DNA of 64,000 bases from Candidatus Hodarchaeota archaeon (GTDB lineage: Archaea > Asgardarchaeota > Lokiarchaeia > Sigyniarchaeales > SOKP01), in assembly GCA_048887225.1 (NCBI GenBank), contig JBHLJY010000005.1, forward strand, positions 32,001 through 96,000, read 5' to 3'. Below are positions 1 to 9,252 of this stretch, in pieces. Positions within the stretch are counted from its first letter, which is position 1. Each line of letters opens with the position of its first letter. A program made the translations under genes and the position numbers. Under the pieces are notes generated by a model. That model was not told the DNA's origin, made no database searches, and saw only the letters and a program-made list of their open reading frames with translations.

Positions 1-216
1 GATATGGACAAAATATTTATTATACCAACAATTAAAGCATCTCAAAAGTATTCAATTCCAATTATATATATTAATCCTCAAAATTATGCTAGTCCTTGGT
101 CAAAAAAAATGAGAGAACATGGAGGGATCGTCTTTCAATTCTGGGATCGTCCCGTAAGCGCGCTTTCAAAGATAATTGAATACGCTGAATATAGACGAAA
201 GCAATCAAAGAATTGA
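1..216 (+). CDS. C-terminal fragment of a gene running in from the left edge, possibly an acyl-CoA synthetase (NDP-forming) alpha-like subunit
   Basis: Frame open from base 1; the C-terminus 'WDRPVSALSKIIEYAEYR' resembles ACD alpha-subunit ends; partial. Confidence 0.4.
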   Translation, partial: DMDKIFIIPTIKASQKYSIPIIYINPQNYASPWSKKMREHGGIVFQFWDRPVSALSKIIEYAEYRRKQSKN

Positions 217-222
217 ACTTCT

Positions 223-450
223 TTATAGTTTTTGAATTTTTAAATAGTAATTTTTACCATCACTATTGAATTTTAAGACTTCTCCACCGTGTTTTTCAAC
301 GTATCGTTTAATATTTTCTCCTGCTTCGCAAAAATCCCCTGAAACTTCAAGAACATCCCCACTATTCATCTTATTCATTTGTTTTTTTGTTTGTGCAACT
401 GGTATTGGACAAACCAAACCCGAACAATCTAATTTATACATCTCTGGCAT
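223..450 (-). CDS. tusA: TusA/SirA-family sulfur carrier
   Basis: LDCSGLVCPIP (CPxP) motif, 75 aa. Confidence 0.9.
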   Translation of the reverse strand: MPEMYKLDCSGLVCPIPVAQTKKQMNKMNSGDVLEVSGDFCEAGENIKRYVEKHGGEVLKFNSDGKNYYLKIQKL

Positions 451-473
451 AAAGTCTTAAATCTCCATAATTT

Positions 474-833
474 TTAACTAAAAATAACATTATCCGCTGT
501 TTCGCACATTTCCAAAAATCCATTCATAGTAGTAATTTCAATACCATCTATTAATTCTTCGGCAGCTACACCTCGAGCTTTAGTGCATACCCCACAAGCT
601 TTAACATTCGCACCTTCTTCAATAACATCCTTCATCCATTTGCCAACATTATCATAACTAGAGGGATCTTGGTTTTTCTTCCCTACAAAAACGCCATCCT
701 CAACTAAGAATAAATTTATCTCGCAACCTCCTAAAAGAGCTGTATAGGCAAATCTAAGCATCGTAAAAGGTCTTTCCTTCGTATAAGGTGCATCAGCAAT
801 AATAATTGTAAAAATTTTCTTCTTTCCTGACAT
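474..833 (-). CDS. DsrE/TusD-family sulfur relay protein
   Basis: APY, 'LFLVEDGV' and 'ACGVCTKARG' motifs; directly upstream of tusA. Confidence 0.88.
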   Translation of the reverse strand: MSGKKKIFTIIIADAPYTKERPFTMLRFAYTALLGGCEINLFLVEDGVFVGKKNQDPSSYDNVGKWMKDVIEEGANVKACGVCTKARGVAAEELIDGIEITTMNGFLEMCETADNVIFS

Positions 834-1011
834 TTTACTTCTGCTTCAGTTTTAAAATATCTAATGTAGGGAAGGTTTTTTGATTTATTAATTTTTCGCA
901 TAATTATTATCAATTTTTTGCATAAATTCTAATATATTATCCTAATAAAAAACCAGAATATAAGCATTGATAATCAAATTATTTAAATATTTGACCATTA
1001 TTTATGCGTAT

Positions 1012-2157
1012 ATGATATATACTAAATTTCAAAAATTAATAGGAACGAAGTATCCAATAATTCAAGCCGGAATGGGCCCGTATAGTACAACTGACCTCTG
1101 CATTGCGGTAGCTAAAGTAGGAGGATTAGGATTGATCTCAACCATTGGAATGGGCACAGGTCTAAGTTTGGCTACACCTGAAGCTGCAGAAAAGATTTTT
1201 GGGAAAGGAAGGCCCAAAGAAATTGTAAAAAAAGTCATACAATATGTTTACGATAAATTAGAGGATTATCCGGACGCCAAATTTGGCGTTAATGTACCTG
1301 TTGCGGCAGATTTTGATTATGTCGCAAAACGCTTAGTTCAAGGAATTATTGAAATTTTAAATAATAAACCAGAAATTAAAAAAAAATTAGTAGTTTTAGT
1401 AACCTCAGCAGGAGACCCCTTACCTTGGGCAGTTAACGCTAAGAACAAAGGTGCTAAAAAGGAAAGAATCCCCGTTAAAGAAGAAATACAACATATAATT
1501 TGGTGCCATGTCTGCCCTAGCGTGCGAACTGCAAAACGTGCCGAAAAAGCTGATGTCGATATCGTCATTGCCTCAGGCAGAGAAGGCGGAGCCCATTGTG
1601 CGTGGAGGGATGTTTCATCAATGGTATTATTACCTGAAGTCGTGAAAAATGTTAATAAACCTGTTGTTGGTGCTGGAGGATTTTCAGACGGAGCTTCTTT
1701 AGCAGCAGCTTTAGCGTTAGGTGCCATAGGAGTTCAAATGGGAACCCGTTTTATTGCTACGAAGGAAGCTGATTTTCAGCAAATGTGGAAAGAAGCAATC
1801 GTTAAAAGAGCTGAAACGGATACGCTTATTGCACGAGGATTCTTTGGTCCTATGAGATTTCTTAGGAATCAAATGTCTTTAAAAGTAGTGGATGAAACAA
1901 TTTCAGGTGCATCTGACCTGTTTCGCGGAATTCCATGCCCATCAAACGACTCTATAATGAATATTGAACTGGAGGGCCTGAAAAAGCTTTATGATGAAAT
2001 CGAAGAAGAGTCCATAATACTGGGCGGTTCGGTTACAGGTCGCATTCATTCGATTCCAACGGTGAAAGAATTGCTTGAAAGTATAATAACTGAAGCTGAA
2101 AAAATTATCTCAGAATTACCTTCTTACATTAGAAAAGAAAAATTAATAGAGATTTAG
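1012..2157 (+). CDS. Nitronate monooxygenase/FabK-like FMN oxidoreductase
   Basis: YPIIQAGMG, GREGGAH, AGGFSDG, GVQMGTRF motifs; ATG at 1012 preferred over TTG at 967. Confidence 0.88.
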   Translation: MIYTKFQKLIGTKYPIIQAGMGPYSTTDLCIAVAKVGGLGLISTIGMGTGLSLATPEAAEKIFGKGRPKEIVKKVIQYVYDKLEDYPDAKFGVNVPVAADFDYVAKRLVQGIIEILNNKPEIKKKLVVLVTSAGDPLPWAVNAKNKGAKKERIPVKEEIQHIIWCHVCPSVRTAKRAEKADVDIVIASGREGGAHCAWRDVSSMVLLPEVVKNVNKPVVGAGGFSDGASLAAALALGAIGVQMGTRFIATKEADFQQMWKEAIVKRAETDTLIARGFFGPMRFLRNQMSLKVVDETISGASDLFRGIPCPSNDSIMNIELEGLKKLYDEIEEESIILGGSVTGRIHSIPTVKELLESIITEAEKIISELPSYIRKEKLIEI

Positions 2158-2205
2158 AGTTATATAACTTGAAAAAAAGGTAAAAAAAATTAAATCGAAA
2201 AAAAA

Positions 2206-3399
2206 TTATCGCTTTAAATTCGCAGAAGCCCAGTCGTAATAACCCTTATCTTCCATGACTTTTGGAATTTCAGCAAAGAATTGAGCTGTTATGTCTTTCA
2301 AATGTTTAGCTGCAACTGGATGAAACATCATTGCGAGATCTAATCCTACTAAAGTCAATGTAAGAGCGTTAATTACTTCCCATATCGGTCCTCTATATTG
2401 TCTTAGACCCCATTCAGGCGCTTGCTTTTCGCTCATCCACGCTTCACGAGCACCCCAAGCGTTAGTAGTACCACCACTGATCGGATAAGCTAAATCTTTT
2501 TCGCCTAAAAGCCCAGCAATACGCATTCTTTGGTAAATGCTAAAAGAATATTCCATCCCATAGCCTAAAGTAGCGCACGTAGGGTCCATCACTATTCTAT
2601 TGCGTGGTAGACCTAATTCTATTGCGTCTTTATTCATTTTTATTTGATTATTGAGGTCTAAACTTGTCCATAAGAGACAATTATGATCATGTTTCACGGC
2701 AAGCGGAATAACATCCTCCCATGTTGCCTTATCTGCGGCTGAGAGCATTAATACTTCGCTTTCTGTAGCCGCTGCGGTGGCTTTAAACATTTCAACGTCT
2801 TTTTCCTTGTTTCCCGAACATCCTATTATTACAGGAACGTCAACAGCTTGAAGTATTTCTTCTAAAAATTTTACGGACTGCGAGACTGGTGCATCGCCCA
2901 TAGCCGGGTCGATTTCTAACGAATGAAATGTAATCGACTCAGCCCCAAACTTATTAACAGCAAATTTTGCCCATTCAGCGGGATCTCCTAAGACATCTCC
3001 ATATTCTTGTTTGATTGGTTTTGGAAGCATCATTTTTGCACCCATATCAAACACATCATACGTAACGAGGGGTGGATTAGGATTTCTTTTTTCAAGTCCT
3101 AAGAAGTTATAAAATGGAGGTACTTTTTCACCACCTATAGTGCAAGTTTTCCCGTTCGACCGGATGAATTGGATAGTTTCAATTTCTCCAGGGAATTCTA
3201 TATCGAGTGAAAATTTAGTTGGCGTCCATTCGGCTTTTCCAAGTACTGGAATTCCAACGGCCTGAGCTGCTGTAGCTATTACGCTTGGCAGTACTTGGAA
3301 TTCTAGATATTCAGCCATTAAATCTACATCAACAAGTTCTAATTCATCAATATCTTTCATTAATTCAGCTAATTTTTTACTAATTTCGTCGAAAGAAAT
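2206..3399 (-). CDS. cdhD: Corrinoid iron-sulfur protein small subunit (ACDS delta / AcsD)
   Basis: DPAEWAK, MDPTCATLGYGMEYS, NAWGAREAW motifs. The ORF track starts at ATG 3360, but the frame is open to 3405 and an ATT at 3399 lies 6 nt after GTGA. Confidence 0.92.
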   Translation of the reverse strand: MSFDEISKKLAELMKDIDELELVDVDLMAEYLEFQVLPSVIATAAQAVGIPVLGKAEWTPTKFSLDIEFPGEIETIQFIRSNGKTCTIGGEKVPPFYNFLGLEKRNPNPPLVTYDVFDMGAKMMLPKPIKQEYGDVLGDPAEWAKFAVNKFGAESITFHSLEIDPAMGDAPVSQSVKFLEEILQAVDVPVIIGCSGNKEKDVEMFKATAAATESEVLMLSAADKATWEDVIPLAVKHDHNCLLWTSLDLNNQIKMNKDAIELGLPRNRIVMDPTCATLGYGMEYSFSIYQRMRIAGLLGEKDLAYPISGGTTNAWGAREAWMSEKQAPEWGLRQYRGPIWEVINALTLTLVGLDLAMMFHPVAAKHLKDITAQFFAEIPKVMEDKGYYDWASANLKR

Positions 3400-3591
3400 T
3401 TTACATCACGTTATATTTCGTTTTTTAGTATTTTGATTGATAAAAATATAAAACTAATTATTGAAATTAACAATGATTTAAATACATAGTGAGACGAAAT
3501 TCGTCATTTATTTTCGAAATATGTTAAAGAATTTAAGAGAAAATTTTATCAATTTGATCACCAATCAAAGAAATCCTTCCAATTTTAATTT

Positions 3592-4092
3592 TTAGCCTTT
3601 TTTTAGAATTTTATTTCTAGCAAAATTTACTAAGCCTTCGGCGGATATTATTTCTTGTATAAAGGAGGGCATTCTTTTAATTTTGAACTCATTATTAGTT
3701 GTTATATTTCTTATTATTCCTTTTTCAGAATGAACATCTAATTCATCCCCAGTATTTATTTCATCAATATTAGAAAATTCGATTATAGGCAAACCTATGT
3801 TTATCGCATTTCTAAAAAATATTCTTGCATAATATGATGCAATAATGCATTTAATACCTGCGGCCTTTATAGCAATCGGTGCTTGTTCCCTACTTGAACC
3901 ACATCCAAAATTAGCACCAGCAACTAATATTATAGCGCCTGTTTCTTTTATTTTTTGATTAAATTCGGGATCTAAATCTTCCATACAATGCTCAGCTAAG
4001 TAAAGAGAATCTGACTTAATCAAGTATCTTGCTGGAATGATTAAATCTGTGTTGATGTTTTTTTTATCGTACTTTATTACTTTTCCTCTCAA
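3592..4092 (-). CDS. leuD: 3-isopropylmalate dehydratase small subunit
   Basis: NINTDLIIPARYL, NFGCGSSREQA, ARIFFRNAINIG; TTG start 6 nt after GTGA. Confidence 0.9.
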   Translation of the reverse strand: MRGKVIKYDKKNINTDLIIPARYLIKSDSLYLAEHCMEDLDPEFNQKIKETGAIILVAGANFGCGSSREQAPIAIKAAGIKCIIASYYARIFFRNAINIGLPIIEFSNIDEINTGDELDVHSEKGIIRNITTNNEFKIKRMPSFIQEIISAEGLVNFARNKILKKG

Positions 4093-4123
4093 ATTTTATC
4101 ACGATTGATATTATTGTAGATAA

Positions 4124-5386
4124 TCAGGGTGCTGTGATATAACCTTTAATTGCGGAGGCTGCTGCAACAGCTGGACTTGATAGATAGACTTCACTTTCTA
4201 CATGACCCATTCTTCCAATAAAATTACGGCTAGTAGTGGAAATTGCTCTCTCACCTGCAGCAAGTATACCCATATAACCACCTAAACATGGTCCGCAAGT
4301 GGGAGGTGATACGATTGCCCCCGCATCTAGAAAAATTTCTATCAATCCTTCATTTAGAGCATCTAGATAAATATTTTGAGTACCAGGAATAACAATACAT
4401 CTGATATTTGATTTTATTTTATGATTTTTAAGAATCTTAGCGGCAATTCTTAAATCTTCTAAACGACCATTTGTACAAGAGCCGATTAAGACTTGATCTA
4501 TTTCGACTTTCATAGCATCGACTATAGAAATTGGCTTAGAATTCTCCGGTAAGTGAGGAAATGCCACTTGAGGTTCAATACTATTGCAATCGAACTCTAT
4601 TACGTCAAAATATTCAGCGTCTTTATCGCTTTCATATATTTTATAATTTTTATTTCCTATATCTTCTAAGTAGGATACCGTGACTTTATCTGGGGCAATT
4701 ATTCCGTTTTTTCCACCTGCTTCTATTGCCATATTACAGATTGTAAATCTATTAGACATAGATAAATTTTTAATAGTTTCACCTGTAAATTCCATGGCTT
4801 TATACGTAGCACCATCTACTCCGATTTGACCAATTGTGTATAAAATCAAATCTTTTCCCGAAACCCACTCGTTTAATTTGCCAGTATAGATGAATTTAAT
4901 CGATTCTGGGATTTTAAACCAGCACTCTCCTAAAGCCATTGCTACGCCTAGGTCTGTTGATCCTACACCTGTAGAAAAAGCACCAAGAGCGCCGTAAGTA
5001 CATGTATGAGAGTCAGCTCCAATAAAAATATCTCCAGGAGAGACTAATCCTTGTTCTGGAATAAGGCAGTGTTCAATTCCAACCCGTCCAATTTCGAAAT
5101 AGTTGATAATTTTATTTTTATGAGCAAAATCTCTGAGTATTTTACATTGTTCAGCTGAGGCTATGTCCTTATTGGGCGTAAAATGATCAGGAGTCAAAAT
5201 TACACTTTTTTTATCAAATACACTTCTTTCAGTTCCTTCAACAATTTTCTCAAATACTTGAATAGCAATTGGTGCTGTGATATCATTTGCAAGGCATTTA
5301 TCAATATTAGCTAAAATAAAATCTCCTGCAGAAACATTATCATCGCAATGGTCTCTTAAAATCTTTTCAGTTATAGTGAATCCCAT
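4124..5386 (-). CDS. leuC: 3-isopropylmalate dehydratase large subunit
   Basis: [27 protein letters not shown] aconitase-family motifs. Confidence 0.92.
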   Translation of the reverse strand: MGFTITEKILRDHCDDNVSAGDFILANIDKCLANDITAPIAIQVFEKIVEGTERSVFDKKSVILTPDHFTPNKDIASAEQCKILRDFAHKNKIINYFEIGRVGIEHCLIPEQGLVSPGDIFIGADSHTCTYGALGAFSTGVGSTDLGVAMALGECWFKIPESIKFIYTGKLNEWVSGKDLILYTIGQIGVDGATYKAMEFTGETIKNLSMSNRFTICNMAIEAGGKNGIIAPDKVTVSYLEDIGNKNYKIYESDKDAEYFDVIEFDCNSIEPQVAFPHLPENSKPISIVDAMKVEIDQVLIGSCTNGRLEDLRIAAKILKNHKIKSNIRCIVIPGTQNIYLDALNEGLIEIFLDAGAIVSPPTCGPCLGGYMGILAAGERAISTTSRNFIGRMGHVESEVYLSSPAVAAASAIKGYITAP

Positions 5387-5527
5387 AACATTGTAGCCTA
5401 TTTAAAATTTGTCAAGGTATTCAAATATTTAAATTTGAAAATAAATCATATTATAAATTTTTATTCGTTTCTAATAATATCGTCAAAAAAATTAATCGAA
5501 GAATTTTTAAAAATTTAAGTAAAAAAA

Positions 5528-6670
5528 ATGCCATCTATAGCACATTTAGTTTTAGGCGGAGTAATAGCATTATGTTTTTATTATATAAGTAATGGAAAAT
5601 TTACAAAAACTCATGCATTTATCTTTTTTTTATGTAATTATTTAGGACCAGATGTTGGATGGATCTTGGGTATTGGGCGGTTCACTCATTCTTTATTATT
5701 TTGGCCTTTATTTGCTGTTATTTTAGCATTTTTATATCATTATTTCACAAGATTTGCGATCAGGATTGATAGCATTAAAAACGTAGAGATCATAGATTTA
5801 GAAGGATATAAATTACATTATTTTAACACATATTTATTGGTTTTAGCAGCAGGTATTTTACACCTTTACTTAGACGGAATAATGAATAAAGAGGGTGAAT
5901 TTCGAATAATTCCTCAACTTCCTTTAAATTACAAAGGATTATATTGGACTTTAAATGACTTTTTTATCTTCGGAGAAGAAGGAGTTCTCCAAATTCATTT
6001 TCTTATCTCAATATTTATTGGAGTTACATTAATTTTTGGATTTGTATTCATATTTGTCTGGTTTTTAAAGAAAAATACAAAAAAAAACGCTATAATTGTT
6101 TTTATTTATATCGTTGCGTTTGTCATTTTCTTTTATTTAGCCGGCTCCATAATTACAACGTTCCATCCTGATGGAGGTGCCATTATTTATATTAGTATTT
6201 TTTGGGCATTACCATTAGTTTTTTGTGTTCTTTCCACAAGAGAGTTTAGATTTATAAAAAGAGATGAAAACGGATTAATAAAATGTAAGAAATATGCTTA
6301 TAAAAGATTTGGAAAATTGTTTTTTATAATTGCGTGGTTGTTTATAATAGGATTATTACTACTAATAACATCAATATTAGGTTTTATGCATAACGATGCT
6401 ATATTGAAGCATATTTTTTCTAATTATGGAGATAGAATCTCGCCGTATTTTAGTCAGAGCGAATTCTTAATATTACTTTTAACGATAGAAACGATTCATT
6501 TAGTAATGTCATTGATTAATTTTTTTTGTGTTATTGGACTATTATTTAAGAATAAACATGCATGGAAATTTGCTGTTTATTACAACCTTATATTATCATG
6601 GACTATAATTGGTCTAACAATTGCTTGTGCCTTAAATGAAAAATCTGTGAAAAAAATATTTAAATTTTAA
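5528..6670 (+). CDS. Polytopic membrane protein with an N-terminal YdjM-like metal-dependent hydrolase domain
   Basis: N-terminal His, GPD, RFTHSL and HLYLD motifs; many hydrophobic helices. Confidence 0.6.
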   Translation: MPSIAHLVLGGVIALCFYYISNGKFTKTHAFIFFLCNYLGPDVGWILGIGRFTHSLLFWPLFAVILAFLYHYFTRFAIRIDSIKNVEIIDLEGYKLHYFNTYLLVLAAGILHLYLDGIMNKEGEFRIIPQLPLNYKGLYWTLNDFFIFGEEGVLQIHFLISIFIGVTLIFGFVFIFVWFLKKNTKKNAIIVFIYIVAFVIFFYLAGSIITTFHPDGGAIIYISIFWALPLVFCVLSTREFRFIKRDENGLIKCKKYAYKRFGKLFFIIAWLFIIGLLLLITSILGFMHNDAILKHIFSNYGDRISPYFSQSEFLILLLTIETIHLVMSLINFFCVIGLLFKNKHAWKFAVYYNLILSWTIIGLTIACALNEKSVKKIFKF

Positions 6671-6749
6671 TTTTATTTTATTTTTCGTAATTTTTTTCAG
6701 TTATCTCCTATTATTCTTATTATTAATGATCCTTTAGGCTGATTATTTG

Positions 6750-7634
6750 ATGGACAATCTAATATTAGAAAATCTAGAGTTTGAGAAATACCATGGTTTA
6801 GGAAATGACTATATTATAATTAACGATATTCAATGGAAAATTCCCGATGGAAAAAAGGCAGGATTAGCAAAAAAAATATGTAAAAGACATTTATCTATAG
6901 GAGCAAACGGTTTAATTTTCGTGGTCAATTCAGATAAAGCAGATATTAGAATGCGTATTTTCAATGCCGATGGTTCGGAAGCGGAAATGTGTGGAAATGG
7001 GATTAGATGCTTTTCTAAATATGTGTACGAAAAAAATATAATAAATAAAGACGAAATAGAAATCGAAACTCTAAAGGGAATAATAGTTGCGAAACTTAAG
7101 GTTGTTGATAATGAAGTTAAAAGCGTTAAAATTGACATGGGAGCACCTATATTAGATTGTGAAAAAATCCCTGTAATTTCAATTAAAAATGAGAGCAGTT
7201 GTTTAAGCGAACCACTTGAGATATTAGATAGAAAATTTACTTTTTCAGCCGTTTCAATGGGAAATCCACACGCCGTTATTTTTATTGACGAACAATTAAA
7301 TAATGACGACTTGGAAAAATATGGCGGTGCCATTGAACCACACGACCGTTTTCCAAATAAAACAAATGTAGAATTTGTTAAAATTTTGTCTGAAACTGAG
7401 GGTGTTTTAAGAGTTTACGAGAGGGGAGTAGGTATAACTACCTCTTGCGGTACAGGAACATGTGCGGCGGTAGTGGCTGGAACTAAACTAGGAAAATTTA
7501 GAAAAAATACACCCATTATTATACATAATGATGGGGGAGACTTGATAATATCTTATTTAGTCGGTGAAACGGTTCTGATGGAAGGTCCGGTTCAAAGAGT
7601 TTTTAAAGGTGTAATTGAGTATTTAGAAGTTTGA
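6750..7634 (+). CDS. dapF: Diaminopimelate epimerase
   Basis: KYHGLGNDY, NADGSEAEMCGNG, MGNPHAV, ERGVGITTSCGTG. Confidence 0.96.
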   Translation: MDNLILENLEFEKYHGLGNDYIIINDIQWKIPDGKKAGLAKKICKRHLSIGANGLIFVVNSDKADIRMRIFNADGSEAEMCGNGIRCFSKYVYEKNIINKDEIEIETLKGIIVAKLKVVDNEVKSVKIDMGAPILDCEKIPVISIKNESSCLSEPLEILDRKFTFSAVSMGNPHAVIFIDEQLNNDDLEKYGGAIEPHDRFPNKTNVEFVKILSETEGVLRVYERGVGITTSCGTGTCAAVVAGTKLGKFRKNTPIIIHNDGGDLIISYLVGETVLMEGPVQRVFKGVIEYLEV

Positions 7635-7688
7635 CAAATTAAATAAGTTATATTAGAAATAATTAAATTGCTGAATTTATTACCTATT

Positions 7689-9005
7689 ATGATGGATTAC
7701 GAAAAATGGTTAAAATTTAAAGACTTAGAATATCGTGAAGGAATTCTATATATGGCAGATGTCAATACTGTAGATATAGCTAAAACATATGGCACACCAA
7801 TTTATGTTATTAACGAGGATTTGATTAGAAAAAGATATAAAACATTAAAGAAGGTTCTCAACTCAGTTTATAAAAACAACCAAGTTCATTTTGCGATGAA
7901 AGCTAATTCAAGTTTATCTATTCTGAAAATACTTAAATCCGAAGGTGCTTATTTTGATTGTACTTCCACAGGAGAAATTTATACATGTTTTAAAGCAGGA
8001 ATATCATCTGAAAAAATAATATATACAGGAAACATGTTTACTAACGAGGATTTTAAATTCGCTGTAGAGAATGATATATTGGTCAATTTAGATAGTATCA
8101 GCCAAATAAAGAGACTTGCGAAGGTATACGATGATTTAAGAAAAGAAAAAAACTTAATTTCTTTTAGAATAAATCCAGAATTTGGAGCCGGACACCATTC
8201 ACACGCGATAACGGCAGGAAAAGACATAAAATTTGGTATTTTAGAAGATCAAGTAATGGAGGCTTATTCAAAAGCTAAAGAATATGGATTTAAAAAATTT
8301 GGTACACATATTCATGTAGGTTCTGGTATTCTCGATCCTAATGATTTTGATAAAGCAAGTGAAAAATATCTAGCGATTATCACGAAATTAGCAGATACAC
8401 TTGATATTCAGTTTGATTTTGTGGATTTTGGAGGAGGATTAGGCATTCCATATCGTCCAGAAGAGGATCCTTTGGATTTAGAAGTATACAAGGAGGTTAT
8501 TATAAAAAAGTTTAAGGAATTAATTGAAAAAGGAGATATGAATCAAGCAAATTTTAAAATTGAACCAGGTCGTTTTCTGACAGCTGAAGCGAGTATAATT
8601 TTAACACAAATTAATACCATTAAAGACAACGGATATAAATTATTTGCAGGAGTAAATGCTGGATTTAATACTTTAATGAGACCTATACTTTATAACAGTT
8701 ATCACCATATAATATTATGTAATGAAAATGAAAGAAAAAAACGAGTAAGATATGATGTTGTTGGACCAATTTGTGAATCCGGTGATGTTTTGGGAAAAGG
8801 AAGGCTCTTACCAGAGTTAAGGGAAGGAGATTTTTTAGCTATACTCGATACGGGGGCGTATGGGTATACAATGAGTAGTCCATATAATTCAAGACCTAGA
8901 CCTGCGGAAGTTTTAATCAATGATGGAAAATCTTATTTAATAAGAAATGCAGAAAATTATGATGACCTTCTAGACCAACAGATTATTCCTAAGCATTTAA
9001 AATAA
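7689..9005 (+). CDS. lysA: Diaminopimelate decarboxylase
   Basis: FAMKAN (PLP Lys), HVGSG, DFGGGLG, EPGR, GPICESGD, GAYG. Confidence 0.95.
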   Translation: MMDYEKWLKFKDLEYREGILYMADVNTVDIAKTYGTPIYVINEDLIRKRYKTLKKVLNSVYKNNQVHFAMKANSSLSILKILKSEGAYFDCTSTGEIYTCFKAGISSEKIIYTGNMFTNEDFKFAVENDILVNLDSISQIKRLAKVYDDLRKEKNLISFRINPEFGAGHHSHAITAGKDIKFGILEDQVMEAYSKAKEYGFKKFGTHIHVGSGILDPNDFDKASEKYLAIITKLADTLDIQFDFVDFGGGLGIPYRPEEDPLDLEVYKEVIIKKFKELIEKGDMNQANFKIEPGRFLTAEASIILTQINTIKDNGYKLFAGVNAGFNTLMRPILYNSYHHIILCNENERKKRVRYDVVGPICESGDVLGKGRLLPELREGDFLAILDTGAYGYTMSSPYNSRPRPAEVLINDGKSYLIRNAENYDDLLDQQIIPKHLK

Positions 9006-9130
9006 TTTTCAAGATTAAATTTCTAATTTTTTAATCAAAATAAATAAATATTTTATTCATCTTTTTTATATTAAGATAAAATTATAAAAACGAGAACGAT
9101 TAAGGCTTGGATACCCTTTAATCCTTCTTT

Positions 9131-9193
9131 ATGAAGATTAGGCGCAACGAAATCTGCTTAAAACAGATTAATGAGAATACTGATCTGTCCTGA
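9131..9193 (+). ncRNA. Box C/D guide sRNA (core; true ends uncertain, possibly ~9095-9200)
   Basis: C box ATGAAGA 9131-37; D' ACGA 9147-50; stem AATCTG/CAGATT 9151-56/9164-69; 3-nt bulge and C' ATGAGAA 9171-77; D box CTGA 9190-93; D-guide complementary to the conserved SSU h34 sequence; GC-richer island followed by a T-tract. Confidence 0.75.
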
Positions 9194-9252
9194 TTATTTT
9201 TTATAATTTTATCTTATTTTCTTTTTTGAAAAAAAGTAAAATAGTTGTAGAT

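Noticed and set aside
3592-5386. leuCD as homoaconitase (AAA lysine pathway)
   Set aside because: Lysine is covered by the adjacent DAP genes, and the small-subunit loop reads YLIK rather than the Arg-containing YLRT type I associate with homoaconitase; broad specificity is not excluded
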